From Abditibacterium sp. (GTDB lineage Bacteria; Armatimonadota; Abditibacteriia; Abditibacteriales; Abditibacteriaceae), in contig OZ251992.1 in assembly GCA_965246885.1 (NCBI GenBank), positions 2,528,001 through 2,592,000 on the forward strand: a stretch of 64,000 bases of DNA, written 5' to 3'. Of the stretch, positions 30,073-38,209 are shown piece by piece; the stretch's first letter is position 1; each line of letters opens with the position of its first letter. The position numbers and the translations under genes were made by a program. Under the pieces are notes generated by a model. The model did not search any database and was not told where the DNA came from. It worked only from the letters and a program-made list of their open reading frames with translations.

Positions 30073-33000
30073 CAGGTGAAATCAAACGGCACGGGAGCTT
30101 CAGGCGCGGCAGAGGGTGTTGGCGCGGCGGGCGGCATCGGCGCGTACGTGGGTGGATAAGTGGGTGGCATCGGCGCCGCGTTGGACGGGGCCGTCGGGTA
30201 AGTGGAGTGAGGCGCCGCATGAGTGGGCGCGCGGGGCGTAGGCACACCATTAGCGCCGGGAAAAGGCGCGACGACGGGTTGCTCTGGGGCCAGCAAGTTA
30301 CGGTCGAACGGTGCGTTGAGGCGGGCGCTCAGTTCGCGGTCGTTTTTCCAATACCCGCACAATAGCTCGAACGCTTCGGCGGGTGTGAGACGGGCGGCGC
30401 CAGCCCCTTGCGCGCTTGCGGTCGTGTTTGGCCCATCTTTTTCGTAGCGCGTCGAGAAGCGGCTGGGCGTGCGCCAGAAGCCGAGGCTTTCGCTGTTGCG
30501 ATACACCCATTCCAAACCTTGAGCGGTGCTTTCGACGCCCAAACGGAGGCGCACGCGCTTGATGTCGTCTTCAAGGCACTCTTGGAAGTCCGGATAATCG
30601 CGCAAAGTCGTCGCCGCTTCGCGCAAGTCGGGCGGCAGATGGAGCGTGTGACGCCCCGGAGCCAACTCTTTGGCGGGCGAATAGACCCACCCGCTCGCGC
30701 TTTGCTTGACCAGAATCCCCGCTTCCGTTCCGTCGCGCGACAGGCCGCGCCCCTACAAAAGCAGCCCTTGGCGCCACGACAATTTGCCGTCGCGGTCGCC
30801 GTCGAAGGGCATCCATTTGACATCGGTGCGCGCGTGGACGAACAGCTTCTCGCTTTCAAGCTCGAACGATTGGCGGCAGTTATTGCCTTCCAGTTCGGGT
30901 GGCTGAAAGCCAGTCACCATTGGAAGCGAGAAGCCGCCGAGGGCGCGCACCAGTAGCAAGTCTTGGGGCGTTGTGCTTTCCTCGAACTGCATTCGGACGC
31001 CACCATCGCGCATCCCTTGAAGCGTATTATAAGCGGCGCCCGCTTTGGTTCCCGCTTGGCTGGGCGCGTTTTTGGCGCCTTGAAAAAACACCAAGTCCAC
31101 CTCGTTGGCGCCGGTCAGTTGCACTAAGCCACTGGTGCGATTGAGGCCCAGCTTGACGGCGCTTTTATCGCGCACATCGCGCAAAAGCGTGGCATTGCCG
31201 ATTTCGGGACGCGCCAACACCGATTCTTGCAAAAGCGGCGAGAACGTCGAGCGGAAGGCGCGCGCCATCGTTTCGGCCTGAAGGCGCAGTTCGCGCGTCA
31301 GATCCTCGCCCGCCGCGCGCATGGCGACGCCGTCCACAAAGTAGGTGCCCAGTTGGGTTGGCTCGCCCGATGCCGCGTCTACATGGGGCAACGCGTTCCA
31401 CCCGTGCGCAAAAGCGTTCTGCGCGCGCAGTTTGGCCTCAGGCCCCGCTTGATTCCAAAAGGCGAGGAAGCGCGCCTCAATAGTGCGGTTCGGCTCGAAG
31501 AGGGATTCGCCGTTGAGAATGGGCTTGGCCTCATCTATTTTGGCGAGCTTGCCCGCCAGAATTTCGCGCATCTGGCGCGCCCGCGCAACGAGGGCGGTGT
31601 CGTCGTTGCCACCCGCGCCCGCGATGTGGGCTTTCATGGTACGGACGAGGGGGAGCAAACGCTCGCACAGCATCCGTTCGGGCGCAAGGAGCATGGAGTC
31701 TAAGCGCTTGCGATAGGCGGATTGCGCGGCTTCGGAGTAGCCGACCAGTTCTCGCTCGATGGCGCGTTTGCGGCCAATGAACAGCGCCACGAACGGGTCG
31801 GTCGCGCACGCTTCGACGCGTGAGCGGGCGGCAGCGAGGGCGTTCTTGGCGCTCTTTTGGCTTTTGTCGAGCGCGTCGGCGCCTGCCCCAGAACCCAACT
31901 CCTTGGCGCGGTTTTCCAGCCATTTGGCCGCTTCGCCCAAGATGACGTCACACCAAACGGGGCCGCGATTGGGGTCGCGCAGTGCCAGTTGGATTTCGCG
32001 GTCGAGAGCGCGGGCGTAGTCGCCTTGCAATACCTGAGCGTTGGCAGCAACGCGGCGGGGCACGACGTGGGCGGGCAAGGCCGAAGTCGCGTCGCGGTCG
32101 TTGGCGGGCGCAAGGTCGGCATTTTCGGGCGCAAAAGCGCGGTTGATGCGCTCTTCGGCGGCGCCGAGGTCATTGGCGGCCTGCGCCCCGGCGTTGTGCG
32201 CTCCGGCGACGGCGCGGGCGACTTCCTCTTTAATGCGCGCCAACACGCTCGCGCCCTCACCGTCGGGGGCGTTGGGGTCGCGTAGCAAGCGCGCGGCAAT
32301 TTGTTCGCTGGATAAACCCAGCGTTTTGATGCGGAAAGCGTCGGCTTCTTGGAGCGCGTTGGGGCGCGGCGCGAGCAAGCTGTCAAAGGCTTCGACGCCC
32401 AGTTTGTAGCAGCAGCCCTGCGCGATGAGGTAGCCGGGAATTTCAAGCGCGCTCATGCCGAACGAGTAAAAGGTGACAGGCGAGCCGTTCTTGTCGCCCG
32501 CGAACATACTCGCGCTGCCGTCCACCGTGCGCGCTCCCAACTGCGCCGCTTCGGGGTTGAAGATGTCGTTGTGCAGGAACTGGGCGGTGGTGACTTTGAC
32601 TTCCTCGAACGACTGCTCGTCGCCGCCACCCGGCTGCGAAAGGTAGGTCGTGTCGTAGGGCGAGTAGCGCGTCGCGTTTTCGGGGCGACCGGGGTGAAAC
32701 GGATACTGGACGGAGTAGTCGTTGCCGCTCATGTAGTGGTTCAGTTCTTTGAGAGCGGCAAAAGCGTTGGCGCGGCGGCGCTGCCAACGGAGCGGATCGT
32801 ACGACAAGTTGGGAAGCGAAAACAAGCCCACGCGCTGAATCGGGTAGCCGTTGGCGGCGAAAGCGTAGTGCAGCAAGTAACCCAAGTCAATGAAGGCGCC
32901 TGAACACGTGCCGCCGCACAGCGTGCCGACGACATACACGACGGTGTCCTTGGAAAGCATCATCGGCGGATTGGTGCCGTCGGGAAGCGGGCCGCGCGCC

Positions 33001-33437
33001 AGTTGTGCTTCTTGGGGCGTCAAGCGTTGCAGGGCGTCGAGGCGCACCTGAATCTCGTCGCGGATGCGGTTGCAAAGGCCGGGGAACAAAAAGGCGAGGC
33101 GCCCCACCATGCGGATGTTGCCTGCGCCCTTGGTGATGGCGCGGTCTTGGAGCGACAACAACGCGTCCTTGTCCCACCACTTCTCCAAATCGAGTTGCTC
33201 CTTGTAGCGCCCCGGCGAGTTGATGACGTTGGAATAGGAGGTCGCGTCCACGCCCAGATGGAAGTAGTTCTGGTCGAGTTCACCCGTGCCGTGCGGGGCC
33301 TCTGTTTCCAACACGAGGAATTTGAGCCAAGGCGCGGCGTCGAAGCCGCCTTGCTCCCATTGGATGCGTTGCGCGATGTAGTCGCAAACGTCGTAGCCGG
33401 TCGAACCCAAGCCGATGATTAAAGCGCGTTGTGCCAT
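30072..33437 (-). CDS. Giant tubulin/FtsZ-like GTPase (Tubulin_2/FtsZl-type), one in-frame TAG at 30753-30755
   Basis: LIIGLGSTG, GAGNIRMVGRL, VGTLCGGTCSGAFIDLG, ANAFAALKEL, PYDTTYL. ORFs 30753-33437 and 30072-30665 share a frame and are separated only by a TAG; the Pro-rich tail ends in a TGATG overlap with the ZorA-like gene. Confidence 0.88.
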
Positions 33438-33466
33438 GAGAAGTTCCGTAAAACAAAGGGACTAAG

Positions 33467-33913
33467 CTAAGCCGCCTTTTTCGACAGCGAGGAAATAAGC
33501 AGGGCGGACACGAACAGCCCGCCAAAGAAGAACGCGTAGGGCGCCCACCAAGGCCACGTGAGCGGCAACATCAGCATCCAAACGAAAAGCAACACAAGCG
33601 CGCTCACCCAAGCGGCCACACTTCCGGCGCGCGGCGCGAAGGTGCCCAACGCCACCAACGCCTGATACACGATCAGCCCAAACAGATAAGCGAACACAGC
33701 GCCAAGCGCAAGGCTCACATACAAGCCGAACTTTTGCAAGTAAAGGCTCCACACGCGTAGCGTAACATCAACGGCCCCTAAAAAGGACGGCGTTCCCAAC
33801 CGCGCGGCGCCCGTTTGCGCCCATGCCGCGCTGGGATGGAGCGCCAGAATCGCTACAGCTGGAAGTAGCGCCAGCCACTGTCCGCGCAACCGAAAGAAGA
33901 AAGAGTGCCTCAT
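33467..33913 (-). CDS. Small multi-pass membrane protein
   Basis: 148 aa; signal-like N-terminus (AWAQ) then three hydrophobic helices; tightly spaced within the operon. Confidence 0.75.
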   Translation of the reverse strand: MRHSFFFRLRGQWLALLPAVAILALHPSAAWAQTGAARLGTPSFLGAVDVTLRVWSLYLQKFGLYVSLALGAVFAYLFGLIVYQALVALGTFAPRAGSVAAWVSALVLLFVWMLMLPLTWPWWAPYAFFFGGLFVSALLISSLSKKAA

Positions 33914-33920
33914 GATGGTG

Positions 33921-35348
33921 TTAGAGTTTGCGCACCGACACCGAGGCCACGATGCGCCCCGTCGCGGTGTCTATAAGGTCGAAGTCGCCGCGCTGTCCGG
34001 TTAACTTTAGTCCGGTCGGCGTGCTTTGAAAGCCTTCGGAGTTCTGCGCCGACAGCGCGCCGTTGCTAACGAGCAGCTTCTTGGAAAAGTCGGATTGAAT
34101 GAGCGCCAAAGGCCGGTCGGTATCGAATGTGACGCCCGGCAAGCGGTAGTGCGCGCCCTTGGCGGGCGTGTCTTTGCCCAGAATCGGCAGCGTCCGCGCC
34201 GGAAGCGCCGCAACCTGCCGCGACTCCTGCTCATCAAGCCGAAAATTCACGGGCCGCGCGACCCAAAACAACGCGCCGCCCAGTAGAGCAAGAAGCGGGA
34301 GAATCAACAGAACCGCGCTCCCGCCCCCACCAGTGTTCCCCTCGGTTTGGGAAGGCAAAGGTGTTGCTCCCACCGCTTTCGCAGTGGGCGCCGCAACTTC
34401 GCCAGTGAGCGGCTCCAATTTCTGCGGCGCGAAGACGGACATGTCGTATTCGAGGTTGCCGACTTGGACGGTTTCGAGGCTTTGTTTGGGATTCAACCCG
34501 GCGTCGCCCATCGCCTTGGCAAAAGCGGCAAAGCGTTGGGGATTTGATTCCAGCACCAAGTCCTTGTCGGTTGCGGGCGTTTCCGGTCGCGTGCCGTCCG
34601 ACAGAGTTTGCGGGGCCTGCGCGAGGTCGTTCCAGTCCAGCACGAGAAGGATGGTGCTTTTTGGGTCGAGGTCGTTCTGCTCCATCCAACCCAACGTTTT
34701 TTGCAGCGCCGCGCGCCAGTCGTGTCCGTCGCTCCACTTTCGGCCTTGATACTCGTCGTCTTGGGGCGATACCGCGACGGACTTTTTCAGGTTCGAGGTG
34801 TCGCGGAGCGCTTCAGCGAGGGGTTGGATGGCGCCGCGCTTGTCGCCCAGAATCGAGAAGTGATAGGGCCATACGGTGAGCGTGTCGCGCACTTGCGCAG
34901 GTGGCAAGTTGCGGCGCGACTGCGCGAGGGCATCTATGAAACCTTCGATGCCGCGCCGCGTGTTGGTCAAGCGCGCGTTGGAATCGCCGTAGCGCGCCAC
35001 TTGCGTCATGATAATCCAATGGTAGCCGCCCGGAGCGCCGAGTGCACCCGCTTGCGCCGACGGCACGCCGCGTTCTTCGAGGGCTTTGCGCGCGCGAAAC
35101 AAGAGCCGCTTGAGAACATCGCCGCTATCAGAAGTGCCCGCCGCCACATCGGGCGAGGCCGGGGGCGAAGAAAGTGGTGGCAGCGCGTCTTGAGCGCGAA
35201 GCGGCGCCAGAAAAGCGGCGTTTAGCAACAGGAACAAGCCAAAGAAAAAAGTTGAAAATCGAAAAGTCAAGCCGGAAACCTCAAGGGCGAGCGGGCCAAA
35301 GCGCGCGGCGCGGTTAATTTTAGCTGACTGGAGCGGTGTCCGTCCCAA
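33921..35348 (-). CDS. Membrane-anchored protein with a divergent vWA-like domain and a C-terminal cytoplasmic beta domain
   Basis: Signal/TM (FFFGLFLLLNAAFLAPLRA); vWA-like strand/helix order (HWIIM, RRGIEGFIDAL, DTLTVWPY, GHDWRAALQKTL, TILLVLDW); TM (VLLILPLLALLGGALFWV). No canonical DxSxS. Start uncertain. Confidence 0.6.
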   Translation of the reverse strand: MGRTPLQSAKINRAARFGPLALEVSGLTFRFSTFFFGLFLLLNAAFLAPLRAQDALPPLSSPPASPDVAAGTSDSGDVLKRLLFRARKALEERGVPSAQAGALGAPGGYHWIIMTQVARYGDSNARLTNTRRGIEGFIDALAQSRRNLPPAQVRDTLTVWPYHFSILGDKRGAIQPLAEALRDTSNLKKSVAVSPQDDEYQGRKWSDGHDWRAALQKTLGWMEQNDLDPKSTILLVLDWNDLAQAPQTLSDGTRPETPATDKDLVLESNPQRFAAFAKAMGDAGLNPKQSLETVQVGNLEYDMSVFAPQKLEPLTGEVAAPTAKAVGATPLPSQTEGNTGGGGSAVLLILPLLALLGGALFWVARPVNFRLDEQESRQVAALPARTLPILGKDTPAKGAHYRLPGVTFDTDRPLALIQSDFSKKLLVSNGALSAQNSEGFQSTPTGLKLTGQRGDFDLIDTATGRIVASVSVRKL

Positions 35349-35372
35349 AATTTGGCGCGGACGGCAGAAGGT

Positions 35373-36962
35373 TCAAGCGTGGGGAGTGGCGGGTGCCGAA
35401 AGCGCGGGCGGCACGCTCAGGTCAAAAGCGCACAGGCGGCTTTCCTTGGCACTTATCCAATTCACAACGAACGTTTCGCCGCACGGCGCGAGCGTTAGGG
35501 TGCCTCCCCTTCCCGATGCGTCGCGCAAAGGTCGTATCCTGAGCCACGAAAGCGGCGCGAGCGCGACTGGAGCGACGGCCAGGAGCCACAGCGTCACGAT
35601 ATCGCCCTCATCAGTCGCGTAGAGGAGACAATGCGCCGCGCCGAAAACTGCGCCGGTGGCCCAAACCACAGGTGCGCCCGCTGGAAGTTCCTGCTCGCGC
35701 GCATCGTCCAAAGGCCGCGCGCCATCGAGGGTCGTGATAACGCTTCGCGTTCCCGACCGAAAGAACGCGATACTCGTTCCATGCACGCACGGAAACGGGA
35801 AAACGGCGTCGTTGGGCGCCATAGGAACCGACAGTTCGGCCCCATCGCTTCCGCCGTGTTCGAGGCGCCGCGCCCACAATCCCTGCGCGGTGCGGCCCCA
35901 CAGCCACAGCGCCGCGCCGTCTGGAATGGCGCCTTCGAGCGAGCGCCCATTGGCTTCGACCTGAAACTCCGCGTGCCATTCCCCCTTTGCATGGCGCCAC
36001 AGCGTGCCCTCGGTGCGAATGGCGGGCGTGTCATCCCACACGAGCAGTTCACGGAAAGTAGCGGGCGACAACCCCGGTGGAAGCGCGAGGTCGCTCGCTT
36101 CAAAGAGCGCATCTCCTCCGCGCGCGCTCACGCCCACAAGTGTGTCGTGCCATTGCCCAACGGCCAACCAATGAGTTGGCGTTGCGGCTTGGAACAGCCA
36201 CTCGACCTCGTGCGGTTGCCACCCCGCACCTGTTGGCGCGGCATCGGGCACGCCGCCGAAGTCAAAAGCGCCCCCCGCTTCGGGCGCATCGAGTAACTCT
36301 TCGCGCGCGCGGCGCACCAAGTGCTGCGGTTCGCCGCGCCCCGACAAATTGAGCGGCACGCGCGCCACACCGCGCGCATGGAGCAAATGGGCGAAGCCGT
36401 GCGTCAGCAGCAATCCTTCGCGCCGGGGGAACAGCCCATTGGCGGGCAATGGCGCGGGCACCGCGAAAGTCGCAGGCGGCGCGAAAGGCCAAGGCTTGCC
36501 CGACCGGGGGCGCCCAAATAGCCACAGCTTTTCGTCCTGCCACCACGCCAATACCCCATAACGCGACGCCATGCCGCCAAAGCGCCCGGTCGTTACTGGG
36601 GTGTGGCCGCCGCCTTCCAAAGCGGTGGGGCGCGCGCTACCCCACTGCGACGCCAACACAAGCGGCGCCCCGCCCGCAACGCCGCCATGAAAAGGATGCG
36701 GCTCGATGGGCCGCGTCCGCGCGACCGCGCACCGCTTGGTTTGGCAAGCGCGTGCATCGAGCGGGTGCAATCGCCCGCACAGCGCGCACAAGAGCGTGAA
36801 CCGCTCGCAACCGGGGCACCGCGAAACCGGAACGAGGGCGCGCACCGGCAAACCCTCTTGGCCGCATCCATACGGGCACGGCTGCAACAACGCATAGCCG
36901 CAATGAACGCAAAACCGCGCACCGTCGGGCGAATCCGCTTGGTGACAATGGAAGCACTGCAT
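35373..36962 (-). CDS. Multi-zinc-ribbon protein with a probable beta-propeller-like C-terminal region
   Basis: N-terminal Cys pairs CFHC, CVHC, CPYGC, CPGC, CALC, CQTKRC, then short Trp/Gly-rich strand-like repeats. Confidence 0.7.
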   Translation of the reverse strand: MQCFHCHQADSPDGARFCVHCGYALLQPCPYGCGQEGLPVRALVPVSRCPGCERFTLLCALCGRLHPLDARACQTKRCAVARTRPIEPHPFHGGVAGGAPLVLASQWGSARPTALEGGGHTPVTTGRFGGMASRYGVLAWWQDEKLWLFGRPRSGKPWPFAPPATFAVPAPLPANGLFPRREGLLLTHGFAHLLHARGVARVPLNLSGRGEPQHLVRRAREELLDAPEAGGAFDFGGVPDAAPTGAGWQPHEVEWLFQAATPTHWLAVGQWHDTLVGVSARGGDALFEASDLALPPGLSPATFRELLVWDDTPAIRTEGTLWRHAKGEWHAEFQVEANGRSLEGAIPDGAALWLWGRTAQGLWARRLEHGGSDGAELSVPMAPNDAVFPFPCVHGTSIAFFRSGTRSVITTLDGARPLDDAREQELPAGAPVVWATGAVFGAAHCLLYATDEGDIVTLWLLAVAPVALAPLSWLRIRPLRDASGRGGTLTLAPCGETFVVNWISAKESRLCAFDLSVPPALSAPATPHA

Positions 36963-36966
36963 GGAA

Positions 36967-38202
36967 TTAAAGTTGTCCCGTCACGCGCGGCGCGTCGGAG
37001 AGGGGCGGCGCGACCATTGGCGGGGCAAGCGGGACTGTTCCGGCGCCCCGTTCTTGGGTCGGCGCGCCTAATTCTTCCATTGGCGCACCTAATTCCGTCG
37101 TTGGCGCGCGTAATTCTTCGGTTGGCGCAATCAACTCAACGACTGAATTAGGCGCCGCAACCACTGGCGCGGTGGCGCGCATGAGGGGCGGGGCGGCTTC
37201 GGGCACTTTGGCGGGTGGCGGCGCCGCACTTTGAAAAACGGCGCGGCGCACGCGGGCTGGTTGCAGCAGTTTCTTTTGTCCATCGGGCGAGATTAGCTCG
37301 AAGCCGCCGCGCTCGACCGCCACAATTACGTTATGGCGGGCCACATCGGAAGTGGGCGTTTGCAGGAACTCCGAACTCGTATGGAAGCGGGCGTCGAAGC
37401 GGGTTTCTCCGGGCACAATTTCCAGCGCCGCGATGCCAGTGCGACGGCGCAGCGTTTCCTTGACGTGCGCGCGCAGTTCCGCCGTCGCCGTTTCCAAGCA
37501 GCGCAGCGTTTGGCGTTGTTCTGGGGTGGAGTTTTGCGGCGTCAAATCGCCCCACGAAATGCGCGCGTCGGGCATCCACAGCGTCCGCTCGAATTCCTCC
37601 ATGCGCCCCTCGAACCCCGCGCCGCCACCGCTTTCCAGTTCGTTTTGCAAGGCGCGTAGCGCGCCAAAATGCTGGAACAACTGCGCCGCGAATAGGTGCA
37701 CCATGCCGCTTTCCACCTCGAAGGCCCTCAAGCGCTTGGTCATCTCCTCGCACCACGTCGCCAACAATGCGGGCGATTCAGTGCGAATCTCGAACGCCAC
37801 CCGTTGCCCCCACTGCGCGCGAAAGGCTTCCAATTGCGCTTGGAGGCCCGCATTTTCCGCGCGCACCGCGTCGAACTGCGCCCCGACTTCGCGCCGCATT
37901 TGCGCCAACCCCTCGCTCGCCCGTTGCTCTTGGCGCTTGAGTTCTTCAGTTACTTGCGCGCTCTGCGTTTTGAACTCATCGGTCAGGCGCGCCAGAAAAT
38001 CGAGCAGTTGCGCGTTCAGCCTGTCGTTGTCGGCCCTCTTGTGTTCTGCGAGCGTCGCTTGAACGCGCGCCAGATGTTCCGGCAAGAGCCGCTCGGTGTT
38101 CGCCTCCAATGACTTGAACTGCCCTTGCAACTGCCGTTGGCTCTCGCTAACGGCGTTGAGTTTATCCTCCATCTCTTCGAGATTTTTGCGGAAGTTGAGC
38201 AT
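36967..38202 (-). CDS. GrpE-like protein with a long N-terminal coiled coil
   Basis: Coiled-coil N-terminus; IVPGETRFDARFH...NVIVAVERGGFEL...LLQPARV matches the GrpE head pattern (G..FDP..H...I..V...GY...LLRPA.V). Directly downstream of the Hsp70-like gene. Confidence 0.8.
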   Translation of the reverse strand: MLNFRKNLEEMEDKLNAVSESQRQLQGQFKSLEANTERLLPEHLARVQATLAEHKRADNDRLNAQLLDFLARLTDEFKTQSAQVTEELKRQEQRASEGLAQMRREVGAQFDAVRAENAGLQAQLEAFRAQWGQRVAFEIRTESPALLATWCEEMTKRLRAFEVESGMVHLFAAQLFQHFGALRALQNELESGGGAGFEGRMEEFERTLWMPDARISWGDLTPQNSTPEQRQTLRCLETATAELRAHVKETLRRRTGIAALEIVPGETRFDARFHTSSEFLQTPTSDVARHNVIVAVERGGFELISPDGQKKLLQPARVRRAVFQSAAPPPAKVPEAAPPLMRATAPVVAAPNSVVELIAPTEELRAPTTELGAPMEELGAPTQERGAGTVPLAPPMVAPPLSDAPRVTGQL

Positions 38203-38209
38203 GATGTTT

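Noticed and set aside
1534..30755. TAG recoding or amber read-through, since the IS transposase, cas4 and tubulin-like genes all have in-frame TAGs
   Set aside because: TAG ends intact genes at their expected C-termini (acyl-CoA ligase 46118, permease 54767). The IS and cas4 TAGs are single transitions (TGG or CAG to TAG) in genes with other lesions.
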